Shown here: in pieces, positions 51,738-64,000 of the stretch
Layout: each line of letters opens with the position of its first letter
How positions within the stretch are numbered: position 1 is the stretch's first letter
Assembly: GCA_030704615.1 (NCBI GenBank)
Contig: CM060734.1
Coordinates: 45,136,001 to 45,200,000 of the forward strand
Source of the DNA: Takakia lepidozioides
Lineage: Eukaryota > Plantae > Bryophyta
Length of the DNA: 64,000 nucleotides
Direction: 5' to 3'
Notes under the pieces: generated by a model
Told to the model about the DNA's origin: nothing
What the model saw: only the letters and a program-made list of their open reading frames with translations
Databases searched by the model: none
Made by a program: the position numbers and the translations under genes

Positions 51738-54700
51738 TCAGTTTTTTCGCGAGGGCCTACGAGCCATTTGACCCTGGGTATCTGGAATTGGAGTAAGAAT
51801 TTGCCCATCTTCAGTCATATAATAACAGTTGTAATTGATCCGAGTCACCAGGTCTGCTAGATGTGGAAAATGCCCCACATTGAGTCTGAAGGAGAGCACC
51901 TGCAAATATGAAAGATCCACAATAACCACATGAAGAGAGGCCTTTTAAGACTACAGCAGCAACCTCAAATACACGTTACAATGGGCTTCTTATTGAGGCA
52001 CCCCCGAGAGGCGGCCCCGCTAGAGAGTGGCTCTTATTTACGCTGGCCTCGGTTAGAGTCTTCTCTCTCTATAATGGAGTTCATTGTAATATTGCTTGTC
52101 AAGCCACGGCTGGACCGTACTTTCCATGCTGGAATCAGAGGGGGGAGTGCAAGAGAGGAATTTGGGGATTGACAGGCACTGGCATCAATATTACATGAGA
52201 AAGTTTACCCGTAAAAGGAAGACCACGCACTCATCGAACTGGCGTTCCACACGTTCGATCTCAAGCTGGCACCTGGCAGTTATGCCAGGGGCAGCAACGC
52301 CATCACAGAGAGTCCGCTGGATTGAGTAGTAGTCCAGTGCAAGCCCAAGGATAGTCTTCACACGACCTGCTATTAGTGTCCACTGGTCCAACCGGCACCC
52401 AAAACTGCTGTGAGAAGGGGCTCACCACTCTGTTATTTGTGGCCAAAGATCCTGTTGCTGATTTGGGAAACAGGGGAGATGCGAGGGAGACAAGATAGGA
52501 GAAGAGAATAGAGGCCATGATTATCATGGATCCAGCCCTGACTTTACCTTTGAAAAACGAATTTTACTCTGACCTTCTATGCTCAAAATAGTCCTCTAGC
52601 ATAGGGCCGACTTTCTTTCTGACAGGCAAACATCTTAGGCAAAATGTCAAACACCAGAAACCAACTCATCAGCAGCCTTGTGATAGAATATTAGGACAAA
52701 ACAAAGATCAACGGTAACCATCTCTAGATAGTCCACCTCCTTTGTCTATCTACCTGATTTAGTGAATTACAAGCAGAATCAAACACTTACTGCTGGTTAC
52801 TGACTAGTCTTAAACTAACTTCTTATGTGATAGCTTACCAACTTGTCTGGAGCAACGAGACACTGGCGCTGAATCGACACCAGGTAGGAGTCATGACAGG
52901 CGATGACTTCATCGAGGGAACCTGCAGCTGCCATACCCTCAGACAGCTCCATCCATGCACTATACAGCACCTGTTTCAACCCGAAGAGCACAATAATACT
53001 CAAGTGAGAATAACCAAGTATGAGAAGTAGAGGAAAATCTGGTCGTAAAGAAAAACTTAAGACCTGGACTTCCTTAGAGGAATTCAATGGATTCAATGTT
53101 CTAATAATGAGGTCTGCATAGTACCCATGCAAAAGAGCCAGTTTATACTGCTCGCTCTCTCAGTGGTACATGAATGCAAGAAAGGCTTGTGGGCAGATAA
53201 ATGGTATCCAAGAACCCAATCACTACGTCACAGAGGTCCTACCCGATCCATGACGTACTGGTGCAAAGTGTTGACAAAGTGCATTAACTTTTGCTGCAGC
53301 AGCAGCCGCTGCTTATGATGGGCTGCATCCCCACCACCATTCTGTAGAGCAAGCAAAACTTACCTTTAGTCAACATACAACCAACTATCAAATAGCAATA
53401 AACCGTGGAGGGAACCTGCTCATGAAAACTTAAGGAGACCTGCACCTCGAATCTTTGAAATGTAAGTCTGTTTGAACCCCATATGTAAAGCTGATGGCCA
53501 GTATGCCGTGAGGACTAGGCGTGCTTAGGACAGCAAGGCACAACCAGTACAAACCTTCCAGGTCCAGCGGCAGGCTTTGTCAAGGGCATGCTTCGCACGT
53601 TTCACTTTCATCAAGAAGGCCATCACCTGCCACTCACAGAAGGATCAGATCAAATCCACAGTAATTCTACCTTTATGGACTTAACAATAACAGCTCTTTC
53701 AATCTAGGTGTAGAGCACATTCTATGGCACGCAAGTGGGAAGCAAGAACAGTCCATACCTGGTTGTATTTTTTGATGGCATTGCTGTCGATGATCAGCTC
53801 AAGTGGCCACGCCACCTGCCAGATTATGAACACCTTGAGGTAAGAAGCTAAAGGAAAACATACGTAGCTGCAGTTGCTCAGTTTGTCACAGTGTAAGAGT
53901 ATGTCATAGTTAAAGTCGATGAGTACCGAAAGTGGGCATAACGCAGGAGGTTTGGGCAAATTACTGTTGGCTTTCTGTAGTCAGTGAAGCATTGAGGTGG
54001 TTGTTTGCAGTCATGTTTCATGTAGTGGCTCAGTTGTTCTTTCTGTTTCAGTATCCGTCTTAGAAGCTTTTGACCTGCTGCTGAGGGAAGGGGTCCATCA
54101 CTTGTGGTTACATACAACTGTGATGCCAAGAGTGTGTATGTTATCCTTTCGAGGGTTGAAGCCAACATGATCTGTTATCTTGGGATAGGTGAAGATTCTG
54201 GGGACCTTTCTAGAATAGATGATTTATTCTGTGAATCTCAGGAGCTTTAGATGGTGTCACAGGAAATTCACTTACTGTGACACAGCTGACTGATGCTGTC
54301 ACGGGAACAGCTAAAGGGTATCCAACTTTGGCTCTACACTATCTTGTGGGCTCTTAGTAGCAATAGTCTGAAAACCTGAAATTCTTGGAGAACATATACA
54401 TCTGTTGCAAGTTCATCATAGCAAAGAAAGTTTGCAGGTGCGACAAGTTTGCCTTGTAGACAAAGCGCATTGAGTCAAGAGTGTCGATGCCAGATGTTGG
54501 ACTGCGACCAGTGATCTGAAGAGGAAGGGGGCTTGAACCTCTTGGTGGACTTCCTGGATTGGGTGACCGTGGCTCCACCGTGACCACCAGCGAGTCGAGT
54601 GCAGGCAAAGACATACCATGGGAGGAGCTTCGGACAGACTCCTGCAGGAGCCCAAAGAACAAGAAAAATGCATTAGAAAATGGCAGACCCATTTCTTAAC

Positions 54701-57700
54701 ATAGCCTGAGATACTGCAAAAAATACGGCCTGGTGAACTTAGAGAGAATCGTTTCATGCCCTTCCATATTCTCTACCACCTCTGCCAATTTCCAGTAGTA
54801 GTGGTACCCGCTTGTTCAAGGTCATTCAAGTTTTTCTTGGGAGAGTGGGAAAAACAGGAGCAGCGCCAAGGATTCAATGAAGCAGATGACGGTCGTGATA
54901 TAGGTGGAGAAATAGCAGATGGCAGACCTGGAGCATGGTGTTAAGCTCATAGAAATCATCCCACGGTTCTCCTCGATCAAGTTTGTTGAACAAGACTGAT
55001 GCAAATTGCTGAAGCAAATCCCCTGAACATCCAATGCAATCCACTGTGTCGTGATAAAGATAAGGAGACTGATCCTCCAAGAAGCAAGTAAGAGACAAGG
55101 TGGACTTCTGCCGAGCAAGCATATATTATGGTGTCTCTTCAACCTCAAGGGGCTACTGCCTTACATTTGAAAGGTGGACACCTTAGGACAGATGAATATT
55201 TAAACCTTAAGGTTCAGGAGACAGTGTACGAAGCACTGAGAGGGACAATACAAGTGCGGTAAAGATTGAATCTAAAGAGCTGTATGAGATAATGTGTCCA
55301 GAGTGTCTCATTCCTCATTATAAAATCAAATTAGTGTCAATATACGAAATACAGTGCATCGGATTGAGAAAGCAAAATAAAAGTAGCTCTACCAGAGCCC
55401 ACTAGATAGATTGCACGTAGCAGGGCCAGCTCTTCCATAAGCCGCCACTCCCCCATCAACCTCTCCAACAGTTGCAGACTTACCGCATGTACCTGCCATC
55501 ACCAACATCGAGTTTGCACTTAGACTTTGATTACCAGAAAGGAAATACAGAAACTTAAAAAGCATCCATAGGACAGTGGAACAACAAGAAATAAAGAAAC
55601 CCTATTAACTGAAAAGATAGATGCAGGATGGGGAGCACTGTGGCCATGCAGTAAGAGGGGAATGGCTAGTCCCTCACTTAAGGTAAGGACAACAGAGAAA
55701 AATTACTGAAAAAACAGGCCTCATTTAAAGGACCATAATGTCAAAATCAATATAAGAGGAAATGAAATGGTACTTTATAACGTCCGCGGAAAGCTCATAG
55801 AGCTTATGGGACAAAATGGAAGCATGAGAGAGGAACAAGTCCAGAAACCACAATTAATGTTCTAGCGAATGTCGAAGGGTGAAGGCCTCGTGCAGGTAGG
55901 CTGCCAAGCATTTTTTATCCTCATAGTGGAAGACATCAGTGAGAGTTTGGGTTCCACTGAATAAACAGTGGAATCTCCCACGGATCTCGTAGTATAGAGG
56001 GCAGTAGAAGAAGTGTTCTTCAGTTTCGATTTCCTGGCTGCGCCCTATGCAAGCTGGACATAGGCGGTCCTCCCGTTGCAGGTTTTCCCATCTGCCAGTC
56101 TCTATCCGTAGGTTGTGGGAACCCACCCTGAACCGCCCCAATGCCCTCAGGAGGGAAGGAGATAAGGATGCTGAAAGGTAATTTGGTCTCAAGATTCTAT
56201 TGTCGCGGAGCACCAAGAATGTCTCTCAGCTTTGTTGTGAGATTGGGCAGCTTCCAAGTTCTCTGGACATGTAATTCCATAAGCTCTCTCCTAATGAGTC
56301 TGTTGCGGTCATGTCTGGACGTGATGTCCACCTCATCTGGATTCATTGGTAATAGGAAAGCAGTAGAAAGTCCAATACGTTGAAATAAACTGTCCACTCG
56401 AGCATACCAGGAGTTCCTGAAACCTGCAGCTTTGAGCCTCATAGATGTTGTGAGGGCCCTTGCCACGAGCCCCTTGGGTGGAAGGGCCTGTAAGGAAGAA
56501 ATGAAATGAAATGGTACTTCATATCGTCCGCGGAAAGAAAGGCACAAAGAGCTTAAGGGTACAAAACAAATAACTGAAAGGAAAAAAGAAACTTTGTAAT
56601 CTCCGGAAGGGGAAGAAGAAGAGACCCGTCTTTGGATGGAAGAGATAAGGCACTCTTGCACCAGAACTTCCGGGGATGGTGTGGCCTCAAACTCCGCCTG
56701 TTGCAGCCATTCCAGCATTTGAGCAGCCACTTGGTTCTGCTGGTGTGGAGCTGCTATCTCTGAAGCCGGCTTTCCATCCTATGCATCCAAACAATGCTCT
56801 TGTGAAATGCTTGTATCACATTCGACACAAGACTGCCATTTAATGACAGATTCTTAGGAGACAACACTGGTGTCAGAACCCTCTGTTCTACTTCAACCAC
56901 TCATTAGGTTGGTCTTTCATTACACTGACCAGTATTTTATCATTCGACCGGTAAAATCTGTCCAACCTTCCCAGTATTTGATAAGGCACTGATTGTAGTA
57001 TCCCATCCTTGCTGCCTTGTATAATTCCACCAAGCGCAGTTGTAGAAGAGTGTAATTGCTGATGAAGCTACATACACCTTCCAGCATGTATGTAATCAGA
57101 TTCGAGGAAGATCTATCTATCTGACCGGAGAACATGTACTGCTACTTGGTTAATAAGAAACAGTGTCGCTGGTCCGCAAAGCTTCCCCTCTTCTTTTTGG
57201 TAACTATGGGGAAATAACATCATTAACTACATGAGCAAGACATTCATACCCAAAAGGAAGGCAACACAGTTGGGTAGGGCAGCAGGCGTTCCATCGCTGA
57301 CACATCCTCTCTCATGTGGAGAGCCAGGAGATTGCCACACCCTCGACCATGACTGTAATTTGTGCCACCAGGTTTTGGTCCTGTGACAAGTCTAACCTCC
57401 CCACCATTTATGTTGCCATCCTGACCACTGGCAGTGTCTGTGTGGGCTCCATCACCAAAGCCTTCCAGTGAACCCCAACCAGCGTCCTCTTCAACACCTA
57501 AGTAAGTGTCTGCAGCACTCTCTTCTCCAGGAAATATGGTTTCTCGAAGCTGGGAGTCATTCAGAGGGGAAAGCTGGCTGTACCCTCGCAGATTTAGCTG
57601 CACCTGCCAAGAATCTTCCAGAGGTTTTGCCAGTTTGCATTTTGAGATAAACGCAGCTCTCAACTCTTCAAAGGTTTTTTTTGTGACATCTTCATTGACG

Positions 57701-60700
57701 CTCTTGGACATTGAGTTGTCCATCAAACCAGTCAAGCCATAGAGCCCAAAAGAACCCTTTGCTGACACAACCTTGATTTCTGCAGGATGCTTTCCTAATG
57801 GAGCCTCTGCTGAAGAATTTTGTGTTTCCTGGCCCTCCATGCCAGATGTATCCAGCATTACATGAATGGAATGGTCAAGACTTAAGTAGTTCCCATCTGG
57901 TCCACAAAAATAACCTGCTTCGTGCAAAGCATATTGCTGCCCATTGTGGCCTTGCTCTGTTGTCCTCTCTCCCCTCCATATGTAGCCTTCCTTTTTTTGT
58001 CTTGATTTCCCTCCCTCACTTTCACCACATGTTTCCATGGAATTGCCCGGATTGAGTGATGGCTCCAATGCCAAAGACCATGTTGTTTTCCCATTAGGGC
58101 AAGGAATTGCACAGACATCGGGCATGTCTTGTGCCAACAGTCTTTTAGAAGAAATGCAGAACTCCTCAAAAAGAGAGGCTTGTGGATGGCAGTGCTCAAG
58201 GCCCTCTTCTTCTGTTGCTTGCTCCTCGGTCCAGTTAGATGAGCTTGCATGCTTGAGGACTGGTGTTGAGGACAGGACACCCATAGCCAAAGATACCTAC
58301 TTCACAGTCCAAAATAATGACTTTCAATCAATTCTGATTTCACAATCGAACAGCTTATATCCTCCCTTCACTGCCAGTGGAGTCAGACATTGTGTTAAAG
58401 AGGGCTAGATTTGCAGTCTAGTATCAGCTGTTTGCTGTGTAGCAACATATATGCCTGCCTAGAACTAAATACTCAACTCTACATCCCTCCTCCCCAATGG
58501 CCACTAGAAAAAACTACTTTTTACCTCAGCTGGATGCCTCTTTCCCAGCACATTCATGGAGGGAGAAAAGGGAGTCGCTGGAAAGGATGGGGAAGACATG
58601 GATGCATGTGAACTGTAAAAGCCTCCCTTTGGTTGTTCTTTCTCTTTTCGTATGTGTTGTAGCAGCTGGAGTGACTTGCCGGCAGACAATACAGCCTTGG
58701 CCAGAGACTGCAAGAAAGTGGGGCATATGAGCTTCTCTGGGTCAACCCCATAGTCTCCCTTGTTTGAAACCGTGGACTTTTGCTCAAAACCACCTGCACC
58801 TGCGTGTCCAGCATATCAAAACTGAGCAAACTAAATAACTCGGCTGCATCTAAGAAGCATCAGTAACAATTGGTCATGATACAAAGGAACCAACATCTGC
58901 AGCCAAAAGTTCTGATCAACACACTAATGAATTAGAAGGTAGGGGCAGTCTCTAAGCTATGTTATTGATGGTGATATTTGCAATATAAAGAACTGCTATT
59001 TAAGAGGCAAGATGTGCTCTGCTGGATGACGTCAAGATATGATATAAAAGGACGTCTCTCCATGTGGGTATCATGGATAGCCCACAATTTTGAGGCCCTA
59101 GTACGTCATAAACAGAGTTTACCAGCTTGGAGGCCTAAATATTTATGGAGCTATCATCTTAAAACATACCAAGTGATTCAGCATCTTATTGCTGCCAAAA
59201 ACAAAATGTGGACGCGTTGCCGAAGCAAGCATAAATTATGGTGGCACTTGACCCCGAAGGGCTAGTGCCTTCCGGTGGGAAGGTGGACACCTTTATGACA
59301 TCCAACATGTGGTTTGAACCCACAACCTCTAATGGAGAGGCATGTGCACTTGCCACTGGGCTAAAGTTGGTTGTACTTATTGCTACCAGAAGAGCACCAT
59401 TTTTGTCGACAGGAAGATTCAAGAATGACATATATTAATGTCATATTCACCACTCTACTCGTACCTTCAGGGTTGTGCCCATTTCGCTTGGGACTGCCAC
59501 TTTCCAACAACAAGGGCTGTCCCTTTAGCATTGACTCGCTTAAATTCACCGATTCCCGCAAATTTATGGCAAACCGATGGCGCAGTTGGTAACCGTGCTG
59601 CCAAAATGCAGCATCCTCAATTGGGACAAGGCTGTTTGCATAGAAAAACAGCTGGCATCCAGTAGATACCCAGAAGCTGTTGATCAGATTCCATTCCAAC
59701 AAATTCCATTATGCTGTGTCTATGAGGCTCCAACACATGACAATGCATCATATTACAACAAACTACAGGATAGCCAATTTCCCGACCATCGCACATCATC
59801 CACCAGAGGAGATAGCTTTGCAAGGAATGGCATCACTGACATATCGATTCATTCATCTGATTTCATGCATTACTGTTAGAAAGCTTCAGAGACAACCTTT
59901 CCATCGAACCACAGGTAAGGTCCTTTACCTCGCCAGATGGGTCGTTAAGAGTGCCTTCTTGTAGCCAGGCATCCAAGCCCTTGGTCAGTGGTCGTAACGT
60001 GGCTACAAATAGTAGCAATAGAGTGCGATATGCTTCTTCCTGTTTCCCAGAGGTTTAGTCATGACAAACATCCAACATACCCTTCCACTACTTTAGAGTG
60101 ACACTATCGAAGCACTTTGCTTGTGAGATTCAACTCCTGTCTCAAGAAGAACACTTGAAAAGCTGGCTTTCAGCACATATGGGCTCCAGATTCATAGAAT
60201 ATGAACATGCTTGTGTCCTTGTGGCAGGTCTGTCAGAGAGGGGAAAGGGTTCTGTTGGGGTCTCTAAGTTGAGGAGGACATTATGTTGTTAAGCTTCATG
60301 AACCAGCTGTGGCGATGCGTAGGAATATGCCTCTTGTAGAGATAGTGTGTTAAATCAACAGATAGCTACAGCACACCTTGATGGCAAGCAATGAGCATTC
60401 TTATGCAACCATCTTCGGGCTTGAAGGATTAGATCTGTGGGACAGTCACTTACTGAGGTAATTTGTTTGTTTGCACTACTCTCTCATTGAAATCAATGAG
60501 AATGAGGTCTTTGTGGTAACCAAGCGGGCAGCTCTCAACCTTGCATACCACCACCGTTCCAAGACTCCCGAGAAGCCCAGTTGTCTTCTGGAGCTGACAG
60601 GACAGGATCTAATTGGGCTTCCACTGCAATCGCCATTGACAGCCCACCCAGTCATATATGCACTACCCATGCTTACCATTTCTACGGACAAAGGCACAGG

Positions 60701-63700
60701 GATGTGACTAGTGTCCCAAGTGATGCACTGGATGACTATATGGCACTTAAGGATCTGAAGTCAAAGCCAGCACTTCGTCAGAAATACAAGGTGAAGGATG
60801 AATGGGTACTGTCATTTGAGCTCATTCCCATCATCAACATTCCTGGGTTTGGAGATAGGGCAGCAGAGAAGGTGTGGGTGGATCTGAGAATTCAGAGCCA
60901 GAACGAGAAAGACAAGCTTGCTGAAGCCAAAAGACTCCCTTATCTTGTTTTACAGAGGGAACAATGCTGGTTGGGGAGCACGCAGGTTGCAAGGTCCAGG
61001 ATGCAAAGCCAGTGATACAAAAGATGCTGGAGGATGCAGGGTTGGCTCTGAAGTACAGTGAACCAGAGAAGAACGTGATGTCCAGGTCAGGTGATGAATG
61101 TGTTGTTGCTCTCACTGATCAGTGGTACCTGCTAGCTGAGGAATGCCTTGCTGTATGGCTGCACAATGATGAGACCTGCCATGGTTTTGAACACATCGTG
61201 GGATGGCTCAACCAGTGGGCATGCTTGAGATCATTTGGTCTGGGGCGCGGCTCCCATGGGATCCCCAGTTCCTCATTGAGTCACTCTCAGATTGTACTAT
61301 TTACATGGCTTACTACACGGTTGCTCATATCCTTCAGGGTGGAGAATTGTATGGCAAGGGAGATGGTGCCGTGAAACCAGAGCAGCTGAGTCACAACGTG
61401 TGGGACTACATATTCCTAGATGGACCCCATGCCTGATACTGTCATTCCTGCTAATCTCCTGCATGAAATGAGGGACGAGTTTGAATGATGGTACCCAGTT
61501 GACCTGCGGGTATCTGGAAAGGATCTTATTCAGAACCATTTGACCTTCTGTGTTTACAATCACACTGCCATGTTGGCCTCATGGATTTGCAATGGACATC
61601 TCATGCTTAACAGTGAGAAGATGTCTAAATCCACTAGCAACTTTTTGACAATCCTCTCTGCCATTGATTTATTTTCAGCTGATACCACACAATTTGCGTT
61701 AGCTGATGCTGGAGATGGCATGGACGAAGCCAACTTTGTGTTCGAGACAGCGAACTCAGCCATTCTGCGTCTGACCAAAGAGTTGACATGGATGAAGCAA
61801 GTGATAGCTGCAGATTCATCCCTACGGACAGAAGCTGTTGCTACATTTGCTGACCGGGTATTTGAGAATGAGATAAATATTGCATTAAAGATGACAGAGG
61901 ATAGTTACAACTCCATGATGTTCCGGGAGGCGCTCAAGACGGGGTTTTTTATCTCCAAACAGCATATGATGAATACAGGCTTATGTGTGGGCTGAGATAT
62001 TCAGGAGAGAGGGATTTGCAGTCAAAGCGGGCTGGCCTTCAGCCAGCCCTCCCGACTTCACACTTCAACGTGCCAACAAGTACTTACAGGACATAATCAT
62101 AAGTTTGAGAAAAGTACTGCAAAAGCAATCAGCACCCAAGAAAGCAAAGTTGCACAGTGGTATGGAAGACAGGCAGACACCAGATAGCTGAATGTGCTGA
62201 AGGTGGATGCAAATTCAGAACCCAAACACAGGCACAGCTCAGCTAGAGAGTCACTCAGGTCAGTCAGATGTCATACCACTCTTGTTCCACCAGATGTGCA
62301 CACAAAGATATCTAACTAGTGGGAGCAATGCCTACCTCGCCATCCTGAAGAAGGCAAATCTCATTAAGCTGCTCGTAAAGAGATGACAAAATATGTGATG
62401 CCAATTCTGCCCCATTCGAAGCAGGGACAAATAGCTGGTCAGGATCAGGAACAGCATGCTGAACTACAGTCTGGAGGAACTCAGCCCCTGCAAAAACCCT
62501 GCCCTCCCATGTGAAACAATTTAAAGATAAAATAAAAGCACAGGCTGTGTGCTATGTCTACATGCAACCTCCATGACGTCTAAGAAGGGCTAGTTTGCCA
62601 GAGAGGGATGTTTCAAAAGAAGTTCGACATAATGAGTCATGATGTCTGATGAAAATTTGAAGGCACACATCTGATGAAAATTCAAAGCAACACAGCTCTA
62701 ATCCTGACTCATCCAAATACAATTGACCTAAAGAAACTGGATCCTAAAGACTTCAGGAGAAATATGGATGTTGTAAGTAGACATTTTGAAGTTCAAATCA
62801 AATAGGTCCCAAAGAGCAGAAAATTTTGACACAAAGCTCCTTGAGGCTAAGATTCAATTCCATGGACAAGTCCATAATTAAAGGAGCACTGCAGACGGCC
62901 CTGTTTTAATAAGGAAACCAATTGGCACAAGACAGAGATACCTACCATGTGTGTATCTTGTAGTGATATCAACAGGTGCATTTATCAAAGCAGGTCCACC
63001 CTCCCTGCAGCTATTCTCACAGCGAATATACAAAATAAAAAATCATTTGCAACATTCTGACCAGAAAACACTTGAGAGTGACGGTTACCATGACATGCTT
63101 GCCAAGAGGCTCAAGAGGGTTACAGTAGTTCCAGCTCCACCCATCACCGCCTCCAGCTCCTTATCCAGTGCAGCCTTGCGTAAGAACTGTGTTTATGCCA
63201 ACAGAGTCACATCATGAACGCAGCAATCCTTGTGGCTCTTATGATGTACTGTTTAGCTCTAGATATTTTTGATAGCAGATTTTGCACAGATTGTTCAGTA
63301 TCTTGTCATAATTGAAAGTTAGCTGCTTAAATTCACAGGGAAATTGTATCACTCAAGGCTTTAAAGATGGGGTACGGTTTTGTACTTGCCGTAAAATTTG
63401 ACGTGCTTGATATTGAGGGTTGTGCGAGTGGCTAGGGTGTAACGAAGAATCTAGAACTTAACTCTTCCCAACTTTCCTTATACTTCAGCAACTAAATCAA
63501 ACCTAAATGGACAAAGACCAGTCTGTTGAGATGAAATGGCTAATTATTTCTCTTGTAAGGCATTGATACGAAAAGAGCTGAATTTTGTGCACAATATGAA
63601 AGAAAGGGCCAGGAACTGTATACATACTGAGAAATTCCGTAAGATAGTTTGTGCAAAGCCAGTGGCCTCTCAAGGTTTGGGTCTCCCGGCTAGTGCATTG

Positions 63701-64000
63701 CAATTGTAGGCATTCCAGGAAGGATAAAATAAACTGAGCAGGTTCCGTTCGATATTCCATTAACTAGAGTTCCAGAGTACAGAGGAGATATGGAGTAGGC
63801 TCAAGTCATATCTGAACTCCTGGTTGGCCGTGGGGTCTCTTGATACAGAGTAGTAGGGTCCTACCCAGCCCAAGCCCCAAGACCATGACATTTGCAAAAG
63901 CTGGCCGCAGTAAGAAAACAGAATAAATGGAACCACCCTACCAATCGAACCTACCACAAGTCGCATGGCCACAGCGTTTGCAAAAGCCTCGAGCGTTGGA
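51738..64000 (-). CDS. GCP5: Gamma-tubulin complex component 5 (Spc97/Spc98 family), multi-exon, 5' part beyond window
   Basis: Exon peptides: [20 protein letters not shown]|EEAYRTLL...LNDPSGE; [15 protein letters not shown]; PEVLVQECL; [19 protein letters not shown]; [16 protein letters not shown]; WPLELII...KKYNQ; [19 protein letters not shown]; [20 protein letters not shown]; [18 protein letters not shown]. Recalled plant GCP5 sequence matches. Confidence 0.9.
55759..56490 (-). mobile_element. 5'-truncated non-LTR retrotransposon (RTE-X/L2-like ORF2 C-terminus) with (CATTT)n tail, in a GCP5 intron
   Basis: [18 protein letters not shown]...RLCPAC...[13 protein letters not shown] cysteine-rich C-terminus. 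The 3' end (plus strand aaatgaaatggt) is also seen at ~44535 and ~56497. Confidence 0.85.
60480..62150 (+). pseudogene. LARS: Processed pseudogene of cytosolic leucyl-tRNA synthetase, antisense within GCP5 intron 60040-62335
   Basis: KGTG.VTSVPSD editing-domain motif, [57 protein letters not shown]. No introns; has frameshifts, stops and internal deletions. Confidence 0.9.

Noticed and set aside
56197-56730. 177-aa ORF as an independent gene
   Set aside because: Chimera of a GCP5 exon (PEVLVQECL) read through into intron and LINE sequence.

Overview
Eukaryotic land-plant DNA, probably a bryophyte (inferred from gene style and repeat-filled introns; not provable here). The main feature is an 11.1-kb retroelement on the minus strand (2273-13385). 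Its Ty3/Gypsy-order polyprotein runs gag(2xCCHC)-protease-[C5 cytosine DNA methyltransferase, DNMT3-like]-RT-RNaseH-DDE integrase-[PHD finger]. Its ends are not ordinary LTRs. They form split direct repeats (A1-coding-B1-GC-A2-B2), with TGTC...GACA termini, a 4-bp AGTG target-site duplication, an internal palindromic copy of the end-to-end junction (GACA-GC-TGTC), and a PBS-position sequence complementary to its own 5' repeat rather than an obvious tRNA 3' end. The rest of the window holds an intronless CRF-type AP2/ERF gene with internal duplications of the AP2 helix (28992-30620), a multi-exon coiled-coil gene (~42258-48877, -), and a GCP5 gamma-tubulin complex gene (51738 to beyond 64000, -). 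One GCP5 intron hosts an antisense processed pseudogene of leucyl-tRNA synthetase. There are also LINE 3' fragments, a tRNA-derived head, an MDR oxidoreductase gene fragment, hairpins and minisatellites. Exon and domain boundaries were read by eye and are approximate.
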